Assembly (NCBI RefSeq): GCF_000497125.1
Contig: NC_090601.1
Coordinates: forward strand, 992,001 to 1,056,000
Origin: Spironucleus salmonicida
Taxonomy: Eukaryota
DNA: 64,000 nt
Direction of reading: 5' to 3'
The notes beneath the pieces are model-generated. The model saw nothing but the letters and a program-made list of their open reading frames with translations, ran no database searches and had not been told where the DNA came from. The first letter of the stretch is position 1, and each line of letters begins with the position of its first letter. Shown piece by piece: positions 38,142-50,117 of the stretch. A program made the position numbers and the translations under genes.

Positions 38142-39104
38142 ATGAAATATTACATCGGGATTGACTTTGGTGGAACTAACATTGCTTCTGGCGTAGTTGA
38201 TGAAAATCACAAGATAGTCGGTACGCATTAAGTTAAGACCCTTTCTGAGCGCGACCCTATGCACGTAATTGCTGATATGGCTCAGTGTGCACGTGAAGCT
38301 GCTAAGAAGGCCGGCCTTGATTTTGATAAGGATATCGAGTGGGTAGGTATTGGAGCTCCTGGCACTATCAACGGAAAAGATGGTATAGTCGAATATTCCA
38401 ACAATATCAATTGGTTTAATGTCCCACTGGGCGATGAGCTCAAAAAAGCATTAAACAAACCAATTTATATGGACAATGACGCCAATGCAGCCGCTTATGG
38501 CGAATATATTGAAGGATCTGCTAAAGGCTCTAAAATCTTTGTCATGGTAACATTAGGGACTGGCGTAGGCGGCGGCATTGTCATCAACAACGAAATCTTC
38601 ACGGGATTCAACTCAGCCGGCGCCGAATTGGGCCACTAAGTCATAATCCTTGATGGCAGACAGTGCACGTGCGGAAGAAAGGGCTGCTTGGAGGCATACG
38701 CCAGCGCAACGGGCATTATCGCGCTCACGAAGGAAGTGATGGAGCAGCACAAGGAATCGCTTATGTGGAAGCTCGTAGACGGCGATTTAAGCAGAGTAAG
38801 CGGCCAGACGTGCTTTGACGGCAGAGAGAAGGGCGATAACGCTGCAAAGCTCGTCGTAGAGCAGTTTATCAAGTATCTTGGCTGCGGCCTAACTGATATA
38901 ATCAACGTCTTCTAGCCGGATTTGCTATCGATCGGAGGCGGTATTTCGGCTCAAGGAGACTGGCTCATTGAGGAGCTCAGAAAGTGCGTTTCCGAGCAGG
39001 TATTCACGAGATTCAGCAAGAGAAACACGAAGATCATCAAGGCCTCTTTGGGTAATGACGCCGGAATTATCGGCGCTGCGCTCCTCGGCCAGTCCGGAAA
39101 ATGA
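38142..39104 (+). CDS. glk: ROK-family glucokinase/hexokinase, bacterial type, 320 aa
   Basis: YIGIDFGGTNI, GIGAPG, MDNDANAAAYGE, TLGTGVGGG, AGAELGH, CTCGRKGCLEAYAS, IGGGIS, LGNDAGIIGAA; ORF-track pieces join via TAA/TAG. Confidence 0.95.
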
Positions 39105-39419
39105 CTGAAATTTGACTTTTACTCGCTGCTTAAATGCTTATAATTGCAGAAAAATCGCGTTATCGCTTTGAAACTACAGAAACTTGATCCGCATAAGCAT
39201 ATTTGGGATTCGAGTGACAACGATTTTCATGTCAAAATTTGAGCGGAAACTGCCTCCGCTGCAGTTTCTTCGAGCGCTTGAAGTCGTAAAATTCGTTGTT
39301 GCCTGCGGGGTAATTTTCAGTGAAAGTTTGCACGTAGCCGCTGAACGGTTAGTTTGGGGCTTTTCTGGTGAGATTTGGGGGTTCGTTAGTTAGTTTTTGC
39401 ATTTCGTGGAAAAATTTTG

Positions 39420-40064
<645 letters not shown>

Positions 40065-40083
40065 TGAATAACAATATTGGTAA

Positions 40084-40437
40084 ATGAAGAATCACTATTT
40101 TCGGGCAGCGACGGATTACCACGACGCGGCGCAGGCGATTGTCGCACAGTTTTCGTCCCCGGAAGATCCTAGAATCGTGACCATGCCGTCGCTGTGCGGA
40201 AAGGATTCGCGCTGTGGGGCCGCGCACGCAGCCGTTATGCTGCGGCCGGATTTGGAGGATCTGATTGTTTAGGAGTTCAATGTCGAAGCGGGCAGTGCGA
40301 ACTGCATCGAAATCCTGCGGCTCAAGAAGCTAACGTGCGTAGAGTGCGTCCAGCTTGTAGGGTAGTTCCTAGACGATTTCCTGGTAGACGAAAAAAAAAT
40401 TGCTCAGGATATTTGGTGGAAGGAAATGAAAGAGTGA
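40084..40437 (+). CDS. Hypothetical protein, 117 aa
   Basis: aaATG start, open in code 6 to GAGTGA; GC-rich against AT-rich flanks. Confidence 0.55.
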
Positions 40438-40767
40438 CAATTATATATAATAATATGTTAATCAAAAATGGAATTATATAAAGTTTTGTAGTGTGAGGAA
40501 CGAAAATATGTATTTCGGGTATGTTTGAGTTATGTTAGAGTTTCAATGAGGATGGTATAAGAAGATAGTTCTAATTGAAAACTCTAGATAATTTTATGCA
40601 AGTTAGTTGCTGAAAGATTAGGCAGATTGGCGTCAGTTATATGTTTTAAGGTATTGTATAGATTAGTATTAGTTACAATAAGAAAACCTACAAATTGTAA
40701 ATAGTTAGGCTATATTGTAGTTAATATTAGGATATTAGTTTTTCAGTAACTTATTTAAAATTAAAAA

Positions 40768-40980
40768 ATGGAATCCACAACCTTTTTGAAATTATAATTA
40801 CACCAGTTTGAGATTAAATACGAAAGAGCTTCACTGGCGCTTTAGCTTGGAAGCAGTGTACAACAGCAGCTCCATATTGAAATAAACGGGCTCAGAAGAT
40901 AAATTGACTTTGTAACGAAATTATTGTCTAATTTATCACCAATTAGTCTTAATATTAAAGATTATATTATATCTATGTGA
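40768..40980 (+). CDS. 70-aa hypothetical protein, AT-rich paralog of 47659-47874
   Basis: MESTTFLKLQL...LGSS...EINGLRRQIDF...LLSNLSPISLNIKDY aligns without gaps to METTIFVKLQL...LGSS...EVRGLRRQMGF...LLASLAPVRLSVRDF. Confidence 0.75.
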
Positions 40981-41006
40981 GAATTTTTGTGCAAACTTAT
41001 AAAATT

Positions 41007-41080
41007 TACCCTATAAGGGACTCGAACCCTCAACCTCTAACTTAGAAGGCTAGCGCTCTATCCAATTGAGCTAATAGGGC
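41007..41080 (-). tRNA. tRNA-Arg(TCT)
   Basis: GCCCTAT acceptor, TAGCTCAATTGGATAGAGC D arm, CTAGC-CT-TCT-AA-GTTAG anticodon arm, GGTTCGAGTCC T arm. Confidence 0.93.
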
Positions 41081-41356
41081 ATGAATTATATAGTTTATTT
41101 ATATAAATTATATATATTTGAAATATTCATTATAAATTTACGATATTCATATATAACTACAAGTAATTTTTATAAAAATAGATCTTCATATCCCTGATAT
41201 ATTATACATATATTATTGATAAATTAGAATTACATTCTAGAATAATCAATCTGATCTTATTGTATTCTTAGTTAGTTCATTATTATATATGATATTATTT
41301 TTCAGAGAAAGTAAATAATATTGTTGTATGTAACTAATAAGTGAATATAAAATAAA

Positions 41357-41692
41357 ATGAAGTAATTACAATCTAAACACAATATGTTCCTCAATTAAGA
41401 ATCGTCTTCTGATAATTACGAATATTAGCAGATTTTTAGTCAATCATACAGTAAGACAAAATCATAGATGCTTAAGCCAATCAAACAGTTATTCACACCA
41501 ACAGTGAACTAGTTAAAAAAGCATGCAACAAAGGATAAAAAATCACTAATGATTTTGAGTTAAATAATGACTCATTCTGAAACTTTTGATGATGAAAGTA
41601 TATCCTCATCAACCACATGTATCTCCGAATAGATACTAAAAATTGAGCAAAACCCTAAATGCAAAGATGATAGTACAGATTTTATGTTTTGA
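41357..41692 (+). CDS. 111-aa hypothetical protein (MKQL...DFMF)
   Basis: Code-6 ORF with the same length, start and C-terminal DFMF as 42901-43236. Confidence 0.6.
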
Positions 41693-41703
41693 AAAATACA
41701 CCA

Positions 41704-41922
41704 TCAAATCCCACTAACAGAATTCCCCACAATACTATACCCAGCCTATCTTCGTGTTGAGCTGGCTCTAGAAATAGTAGAACTTTTAACAATTGAGCTA
41801 GCATGTCGGTAGTGAACAAGAACATCTATTGTCTATTATTATGTTTCTTATCCAAATTTACAATCAGGTTCTTCTTCCATTTTGTCGTCTTAAACCTAAG
41901 GTTTAGAACAGATTTGGCCCAT
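41704..41922 (-). CDS. 72-aa protein with an N-terminal MGQICSK acylation-type motif
   Basis: aaaaATG start, MGxxCS motif, code-6 ORF to TGA. Confidence 0.5.
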
Positions 41923-42388
41923 TTTTAAATTTATCAATATATTTCATATAAAAGTATTCATATATTATATTTAAAAAACATTGCTTATTTTAATACTTGT
42001 GCTATATATTTAATTATTTTACAGTTAAATTTATACGACAAGATATAATTAATTAATCAAATATAATTATTATTTAGTTAAAATTTTATAAAACATACGT
42101 ATGAAAAACATTACACTCTACAACGTATACTACTGCATAAAATATTAATAAGATGTATTATATTAGATAACCCTATGAAATATAATAGTATTGATACTAA
42201 TTTATGAATCAGAACAAAGTCATCTTGCTCAATTAGGTATTTAAAAATATGGGATTAGTTTTGACAGTATTCATTTTTACAATATTAAAGGACTTAAAGA
42301 ATTATTTTAAAGTCTCTTTAAGAAACAAAGAAACTTAGAAAATGGAAATAAATATATAATTTAATTTCTAATAATTAAAATTCAAAAC

Positions 42389-42718
42389 TCATTGTGCTAC
42401 TATTTCATGTAAGTCCCTTCCAATTTGACCAAATTGAGCGCCATTTCGATCAGTCATATCATTAATTAATCGAAAACTCTTAAGGTATTCGTAATTCATA
42501 TGATTAAATCGCCCCTACAGTTATAAAATATCTTTATAGCTCTATTCCAGTTTAACTTTTAATGAAGAAATATTTGTTTCTAATTCACATGGATTGCTTA
42601 ATATTTAAGGAATGACGTTAACAATAGGCTAAGGTAGTAGAGGCGTATTAATTCTTAGCCTAGGTTTGCGTGCATTTGACTGTTTCCGCAGCTACTCAAA
42701 AAAAGTCAATTTCGTCAT
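42389..42718 (-). CDS. 109-aa hypothetical protein
   Basis: aaaATG start, code-6 ORF to TGA. Confidence 0.5.
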
Positions 42719-42900
42719 TTTAACTATATAATAATTTTGAATATATAATATCACAATTAAAGGTTTAATTAATTTCGAGATTATAAGGTAATAAGCAATA
42801 TTTTAATTTTCTTTAAATACTTATATTTAAATAATAGTATGTATCTAAGTTAAACTGAATTTTTAAACTACATTATAATATATATAAAGAATTTTACTCA

Positions 42901-43236
42901 TCAGAACATAAAATCTATTTAAGGTTTTTAAAGATCCTCCTAATCGGAATCGGTAAGAACAAAATCTTTTAACTGCTAAAAACTAACATTATCCACGACT
43001 GCATCTTCTATTACTTCCAAGTCCAATTCCCTAACGGATTCTTTAATTTTCTTTAATGTAACATGCTGTTTGGTTAAGAGATTTTCGGGTTTCCGGGAGT
43101 AGAAGCTTAGTGATCTTTCGCCGTCATTTCTAGCTGTTATAAACTCAGGCATCTGCACATACTCGTCTGAGTCTGAGTTATTTCGCTTGAGTGTTAACTT
43201 TAAATTCATTGAAGGCGATCTGTCGATTTGTTTCAT
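42901..43236 (-). CDS. 111-aa hypothetical protein (MKQI...DFMF)
   Basis: Extends ORF 42976-43236 through TAG to TGA at 42901. Confidence 0.65.
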
Positions 43237-43569
43237 TTTCTTACTTTCTTATTAGTATTATTAATATAATTTTAAAGTATATAATAATCAAAATTAACCA
43301 CTCCATATTTCTATTATTAAATAATATTATATATAATTTAAATTTTGTTAGTAAAAATTTTTGTTCAGTAAAATTGTGCAAAAATCAATATTTAGATGAA
43401 CGAAAATCTTTCAGATTCGAGAGAGCAAAGTTCTCAGTTTCTGGTGAACCGATTTTTGCGGAAATTCAAATTATTTGCGTCCTCCGAACTTATAAACATT
43501 GTTCCTAATATGCCAATAGCTACTTTCACAAATTTTATAGTCATTATTTACATTATATATTTTCCCCAT

Positions 43570-43642
43570 GCTTCTATGGTGTAGTGGTTAGCACAGTGGA
43601 CTTTAGATCCACCAGACACCAGTTCGAATCTGGTTAGAAGTG
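43570..43642 (+). tRNA. tRNA-Gln with anticodon TTA (decodes reassigned UAA, possibly also UAG)
   Basis: GCTTCTA/TAGAAGT acceptor, Gln-like TGGTGTAGTGGTTAGCAC D arm, GTGGA-CT-TTA-GA-TCCAC anticodon arm (TTA at 43603-43605), ACCAGTTCGAATCTGGT T arm. Confidence 0.92.
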
Positions 43643-43958
43643 AATTTTTCAAATCACAAACTGCGCGTTCTAGCACCAGCGCTTCCTGGCGCAAACTTGA
43701 CGTGCTGACGCCACTGGAGTTTCGCACCTGAAAAGGCAATTTTGCTACGCTGAAGTGGCAGTCCGCGGCCCGTTCTGCGCGCATGTCTGGAAAACTTTTT
43801 AGAAGAAAAAACCTTTGCGAATTTTGAGGTAGTATGGATATAATAATAGTATATTTTTATAATGTGAAAATTTGAGAAAAGATGATTATATATGTATAAT
43901 AATTATTTCTAAAATTAAAAACCAATTATTATTATACTAATTCTATGAAGAGTCGAAA

Positions 43959-44192
43959 ATGCGCCTGGCGATATTATCGCCGCAGATGTACCCTAAGAGC
44001 GTGCCGCGATCGTATTCTCCTGGGCTTATCAAAACTGAACGCCTAAAGTTAAATCAAGCGGCACAAAATTTATCTGGAATCAAGTCCAGATTTTAGCAGC
44101 TGCCGAAAATTCGGGCAGCGCAGCGCCCAAAAACGCCACAAAATACAGGTTTATCTCTGCAAGAAATACTCAGGAATAATAGAATATAGTGA
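43959..44192 (+). CDS. 77-aa hypothetical basic protein
   Basis: aaaATG start and TAGTGA end; no recognisable motif. Confidence 0.35.
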
Positions 44193-44203
44193 TTACAAAT
44201 TAG

Positions 44204-46117
44204 TCATATCATGGCCTGCTTTTTAAGCTCAAGCTTTCTTTTGCTAGCTTCCTGGTCCATCTCGGGTCTCTGGATTGGGGGCTTAAGCCAGGCGAGAATA
44301 ATAAGACACCCACTTTAAAAAATCGTGTTCAGCAGTTGAGAGTCTCTTAAATTGTAGACCTGCATTTGGCCCGTTATCACACCGCTCAAACTTCTTCCAA
44401 TTGAGTTCCCCACCTGGAAAACACCCATCACGCAACCTCTGTTCTGAGGTGTGGTGTACATTGACACCAACTGTAGGAATATTGCATCACAAAATATGAG
44501 GGAGACGCCGGTCAGGAACATGGTGAAATACATAAGGGCAGGAGGCTGAGGAGGATTTGGGGCAAAGTACACAATTGATTCGAAAATTGAGAAGTACTGA
44601 GCTAATATAATTGCGCGAAGCTCACCGAAAAAGGAAATAAATGGGCGCGCGATAACCGCGGATACCACCAGCCCCAGGAGGATAGATACAATTTAGACGG
44701 TGTTAGCGTAGCCTTTTGCGACGTTTGCATTAGTGAAACCATACATTCTTCCAGTAAAATATGGTCCACCTGTGCGAGAATTGGTAGAGCCGAGGAGGCT
44801 CAGAACGTAACTAAAGAACAAAATAAGCATATTAGTATTTTTGAGCATTGAGAGAAGGATTTTTAGAAAATTCTAATTACGGAGCGAAGTATTTTTGGGA
44901 ACCTTAACATTCATTTTCTTCAGTTTTCTATACGTTTTGAGTTTCTAATTAGATTCTTTTAAGAATAAAGCACAAAAGACGACACTTATAATATATAAAA
45001 CAACACAAGTAATATGCGTATCCCTAAAACTGAGTTTAACACGTCTCAAAATTTCATCTTAAGTTATATTACCAGCACTAGTGTTATACTTCTTATAATT
45101 ACTAAAGAATACAGTTAGACCACTAGATATGACACTTCCAACTTAAGAAAAACAATTTACTAAAACTATAACAACACCTCTAAGCTTTGGAGGGGCTAAG
45201 TCGCTTGCTATAAGAAATGAAAGAGGTACTAAAATAGCAGAAATCCCAGATATTGCTCTTATTGTTAAAACAAAGTTTATGATAATTGTATTATCAGTAA
45301 AATTTTCAGCAAGTAAAAGAACTCCTACAAGAATGGAATAAATTGAAAGAATTATTAAGAATACTATTTTTCTGCCAATATAATCAGATACAAATAACCA
45401 GAAGAACGACGAAAACATTTGCACTAAATTGAAATATGTAGTTAAATTAGCAATGTCGGTAGCAGTAGCTCCAAAGGATTAAATAAAATAGGTGAGGTTA
45501 ACTGCCGATAGCTAGAAGGCTATAGATGCAATAATTAGTGTAATATAGAGAGCCCACAAATTATTTTGGTAAAATCTTGGTTGTGTTTAAAGGTTCTAGT
45601 TAATGTCTTATACTTCCAAAATTTCAGTTCCTTGCATATTTATCAAAAGTTTAATTTCGGCATCAGATGCTTAAAATTCATAAATAAATTCATCCGAATT
45701 GAATTCCATTTTAGTCATATTTTCCACTTTCTAAAGCTAAGTGATATGGTTAAGCAGAGAACCAATAAAATTGAAATATGATGAGAAATCCAGTGGCTAG
45801 AGAGATGCATCAACTGTGATTGAGAATCTTTAAATTTGACTAACATATTTCGTAAAATTTGCTTTCTATTGCTCAGTAGGGGTGAACTAGAAGAGATCAA
45901 AAAGAGTAATTTATTCTGACTCTACTACAGGATCGGATACCAAGAAGGCTAGATTTTGCAAAAACGGCGAAGTAAATAGCAAACCTCCAAGATAGTGATC
46001 GTCCTCAATTTTTATATCAAAGTCGCGCTCTTTGGCGAAGAGCTTGACATACTGGGCCAGCCGATATTAGTTTCTGGCGTACTGAAGGCCTAGCTGGTTG
46101 AGGGCGAGGTCGGTCAT
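44204..46117 (-). CDS. Major facilitator superfamily transporter (MFS core from ATG 45637, 477 aa; frame open upstream to ATG 46117)
   Basis: VSDYIGRK (MFS motif A), ASDLAPPKLRG, TTPQNRGCVMG and many hydrophobic segments, all in one continuous code-6 frame. Confidence 0.85.
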
Positions 46118-46252
46118 TTCGAAATTGCCATTCGGATTATTAAGCACTGTATACTGTATTTTTATTTCCAGTGACCTAAAACTTAAAAACTTTTAGATAT
46201 ATACTATACATTATATAATATCGTAATAGATAACATTTATAGTAAATCAAAT

Positions 46253-46543
46253 TCAGTTGGCGCGCTTAAACCTGCGCGCTATTCTTGCAAACAGCATCCC
46301 GTCCCGGATCTTCTGGAGCTCCTTCTCGTAGAGTTCGGTGAACTTTGCCTCGTCCAGCGGCTTCTTGTTTGCCTTGAGGCGCTTTTCGTTCAGAAGTCGT
46401 ACCGCAGGAATCTTGTCGTGCAGGTCGTACGATGCCTGCAAGACCAAAATTTCCTGGTTATCCCGCCGCACGAACAACATCCACAGCACGGCCAAAAGCG
46501 CGGTGAGGGCTGGGGCGAGGTAGTGCGCGGGCGTGATGGCCAT
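46253..46543 (-). CDS. 96-aa protein with an N-terminal TM/signal segment
   Basis: aaaATG start, TGA stop, high GC3, hydrophobic LAPALTALLAVLWMLFV. Confidence 0.7.
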   Translation of the reverse strand: MAITPAHYLAPALTALLAVLWMLFVRRDNQEILVLQASYDLHDKIPAVRLLNEKRLKANKKPLDEAKFTELYEKELQKIRDGMLFARIARRFKRAN

Positions 46544-46756
46544 TTTGGGAATAGCGGGGAATACGTATAATAGTGGAGTAATGTGTGAAGTGGAATTACA
46601 TTATAGGCATATTTAAATCGGGCAGATAGATGTCTTGCAGTGCAGGGGCACGGTGGCGAACGCAAGCTCGGTTCGTAAGTGGTGCCGCCGCCAATAAACC
46701 TCAAGACTGGTCGCAGTATGACCATATAATATCCCAAGTTCCCTCTCCGCATAATT

Positions 46757-47611
46757 ATGGGATGCGGATCACAGCACGAGGCCGCGTCGGACGCGCAGAA
46801 GACAGAGCCGCAGGCCGAGCAGGCACCCAAGGTGACACACCTGGAATACGTGGCGGACGAGGACGGCAAGTCCCGCTACTCCAACTCCTCGGTGGACTTC
46901 TCGTGCCAGTACCGCCCAGAGGAGTTCGCGGTGGCGTTCCTGGAGATCGTGGACTACAAGCCGGAGACCCGCATCACCTTCCAGAAGTTCCGCCAGCTGA
47001 TGCTGCAGCAGTACTCCTTCCTGTTCCCGAAGGACATCGACTCGATGTTCCGGTTCCTGTACTACAACAAGATCTAGGACTACAAGCAGGCCTTCCCCGA
47101 CTCCAAGTTCGACGAGATCTCGCTGTCGTGCCTCCAGTTCATCAAGATCGGCTACATCTTCTACCGCTTCCACGATGTGCTGCGCGACCCCAGGCGCGCC
47201 CTATTCTACTTCCTGGACGACGGGTTCAACCTCCACGTTGACTACAAGAACCTGAAGAAGCTTCTGCGGCTGCACTACAACATTGACGCGAAGAACGCGA
47301 TCACGCTCTTCAAGGTGATCTCGGCCAAGCACGGCTTCATCAACCTCAAGAAGTTCAACGCGCTGCTCGAGTACTTCGACAAGGCCTGTCTCACAGACGA
47401 CCTGGCTTTCCTGTTCCAGGAGGAGCGGGACGAGGCCCACATGCCGCTAGACTTCGACAAGGAGCTGGACAAGGAGGTGGAGGTCTTCAGCGACATCAGC
47501 ACGCGTAAGCAGGAGCTCGCGAAGCAGGCCGAGGACGGCATTCGGAAGTAGAAGCTGAAGGAGGAGGAGAGGCGGAAGAGGAAGCAGATCGAGAACCAGC
47601 TTATGATATGA
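46757..47611 (+). CDS. 284-aa N-acylated (MGCGS) protein with degenerate EF-hand-like segments and a C-terminal coiled coil
   Basis: ORF-track pieces join via TAG; ITFQKF, VDYKNL and GFINLKKF resemble EF-hand exits; very high GC3. Confidence 0.75.
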
Positions 47612-47658
47612 GATTTGCCGCCGATCTCACTCCCGTGGATACTGAAGCAAAAGGAAGC

Positions 47659-47874
47659 TCACTGGGCGGGAGTGCCAAAATCTCTGACACTGAGCCGCAC
47701 GGGCGCGAGGCTCGCGAGCAGCGCCTCCGCGAAGCCCATCTGCCGGCGGAGCCCGCGCACTTCCGTCACGAGCCGGGGGTTGGAGCTGCTCCCGAGCTCC
47801 ATGGCGTGGGCTGCCAACGCGTGCCGGGCCGCCAGCTCCTTCAGCTGCAGCTTGACGAAAATGGTAGTCTCCAT
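47659..47874 (-). CDS. 71-aa hypothetical protein, GC-rich paralog of 40768-40980
   Basis: aaATG start, CAGTGA stop, homology to the 40768 ORF. Confidence 0.75.
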   Translation of the reverse strand: METTIFVKLQLKELAARHALAAHAMELGSSSNPRLVTEVRGLRRQMGFAEALLASLAPVRLSVRDFGTPAQ

Positions 47875-48103
47875 TTGTGGAGTGTGCGATTCCTGGTATC
47901 ATCAGTACTCACGGCAGATTTAGGTCGGTGCGCGCCGTGGAAGGGTTTGTGATTTCAACCAACCTACCGTGGTTTCGGCGCAGCGCGAGTAGTATACCCA
48001 GAATAGGGTTCGCGAGAATAGGAAAGCAGTTTTCTGCGGAAGTGAGTTATTGGTTTTTCGGGGTCCGAGGCCGGCAATGCAAAATATATCCGTAGAAAAT
48101 TCC

Positions 48104-48787
48104 TCAGAAATCGGCGCCCTCGATGGCCTGCTCCGTGCGGCAGTGCCCCTCCTGCTGGCTGACCGTGCTCGCGGTGCAGTCGGTGGCCCGCCCGTACTTC
48201 CTCTGCAGCCGCAGTTCCGCCCTCTGCGCGTCCTCCCTGCGGTGCCGCTTCCGGTCAGGGCTCCCAGCCCGCTTCCGCCTTCGTTCCTACGGTGCGCTGA
48301 CCTCGCAACATACTGCTGGCGGGGGCGCGTAGAGAACCTCCGGGGTCCAGGGCGCGATACAGCACGGAGGCGCGACCTCGATCCTGCGCTCCCAGTGCTG
48401 CCACCGGAAGCTGGCGTTCATGAAGGCGTCGAAGGGCAGGCTGGACCGTTGGTGGTACTGGCCCAGCTGGAGCACGAACTTGGCCAGGACGCGCACGGTC
48501 TTCACGTTGTGGTAGTGCTCGTAGTGGCAGAACTGCTCGATGGGCACCAGGGGCCGAAAGCGCATCTGCTGCTGGACGATGTTGTACATGAGGGTGATCC
48601 GCTCGGTGCCTGGCAGGTTGCGGGCCAGGAAGCTCGCCAGGGCCGCGTCGGTAGCGAAGACGCTGTACACCAGGTCCAGGAGCAGGGCCTGGTTCGTGAG
48701 GAGCAGGAGCGTGGTGCGCAGGGTCTCGGTCTGCGAGAACCCCAGCTGCAGCAGCAGCGCCGAGAGCTTCGCGATCTCGCCGTTCAT
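48104..48787 (-). CDS. Hypothetical protein, 227 aa
   Basis: aaaaATG start (MNGEIAKL), reads through TAG at 48287 to TGA at 48104; high GC3. Confidence 0.7.
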
Positions 48788-48834
48788 TTTTGGTGGGCGC
48801 CGGATATTAAATACCAAGGCGCGTATTCCCCAAA

Positions 48835-49194
48835 ATGACGCTCTTCCCCTACGCCTGCACGAACCTGACCTGCCGGTTCACGCCCCTCTTCGTGAACTCG
48901 CTGGCGATCCAGCTGCTGCTGGAGGAGGGCCTGCAGATATTCAACGCGATCATGCTGATCTTCCGCGTCCGGAAGCACCGCAAGAGCTTCATGCGCGATG
49001 TGGCCGTCCTCACGGCGGTCTGCGGCCACCAGCTGTGCAAGACGATCGTGCAGACCGTGCTCACGAGCGCCTTCCTACTGGCCTTCTACACCAAGCTGCA
49101 GATCCTCACCACGCTCTCGCAGCTCAGCATCGTCGTGTGGAACGCCTGCTTCGTGCTCTTCACCATCGCGCTCCAGTACTTTCACCTGATGTGA
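48835..49194 (+). CDS. 119-aa small membrane protein
   Basis: aaaATG start, TGA stop, high GC3, hydrophobic; a paralog lies at 49885. Confidence 0.75.
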   Translation: MTLFPYACTNLTCRFTPLFVNSLAIQLLLEEGLQIFNAIMLIFRVRKHRKSFMRDVAVLTAVCGHQLCKTIVQTVLTSAFLLAFYTKLQILTTLSQLSIVVWNACFVLFTIALQYFHLM

Positions 49195-49221
49195 CCCGTG
49201 GAAGTAAAATCTCACTGGCCC

Positions 49222-49557
49222 TCAGAGGGCGATGGCCTGCGCCATGGAGGATATCCTGATCTCGATCTCCTCCAGCACGCCCGAGATCCGGCCCAGCTTG
49301 TAGACCATGTCCTCCGAGTCGTTGATCAGCGCGAGGATGTTCTGCGTCACCATCTTCATGTGGGTGTCCTCCATTATGGACAGGGCGCGGAAGCAGAACA
49401 CATCGATCTGCGAGCAGGTCGAGGAGCGCGACACCGGGGTCACGGCCTGTAGGATGTCGTCGGCGGCAACCTAATACTTGCCTCTGAGGTTGTCCAGCTG
49501 CGTGGGGACGCTGCCGGGGGACCTGTTTCTGTTAATGAAGAGCGCGCCGGGTCTCAT
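49222..49557 (-). CDS. 111-aa hypothetical protein
   Basis: aaaATG start at 49557, one TAG=Gln, TGA at 49222; high GC3. Confidence 0.65.
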
Positions 49558-49884
49558 TTTGTCGGCTGAGCAGATAATTGGGCCGGCATTCGCAGCAATC
49601 GCCATAACCTATCCTACAGAAAAAACTTTTCAGTTTCTTGGAGTAAAGTCTCGCAAGCGTCGCGGTATTGATACTGTGATTTGGGCATCTGCCGGTTGAT
49701 ACATATTGCCCCAGAAGCGCATTTGGAGTGGCAGAAACATCGCGATTGGTGGCCAATTGGGTGCATCCGGTGCGTGTGTTGGACAAGGGGTGGCCTGGGC
49801 CCGCTCCAGTCATAAACCTATATCCTGCCCGGACTTCCATGGTTCCGCAGAATACCATCATACCCGGACCCCGTCGCCCGAGAA

Positions 49885-50117
49885 ATGTGCCTCTTCCCCT
49901 ACTCCACCTTGCCAGCCTCGGCCTGCTGCTGGCCAGCGCCCAGAAGCACCGCCTGGGCCTCGTGTGCGTGGGATGCCTGGTCGTCACCTTCGTCCAGGCG
50001 CTGCTGTCCAGCTACATCCTGGTCTTCCTCTCGGTCCAGCTCACGCTCACGCAGGGCGTCAGCCAGGCCGGTATGGCGCTGCTGAACCTCGCAGGGCAGC
50101 TCTTAGTCGGGCTCTGA
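49885..50117 (+). pseudogene. Frameshifted, internally deleted paralog of 48835-49194
   Basis: MCLFPY resembles MTLFPY. In another frame, KHR...TFVQALLSSYILVF...QLTLTQGVSQ resembles KHR...TIVQTVLTSAFLLAF...LQILTTLSQ. Confidence 0.55.

Noticed and set aside
36961-39104. Bacterial contamination
   Set aside because: Both genes need TAA/TAG=Gln to be intact and are contiguous with host genes.
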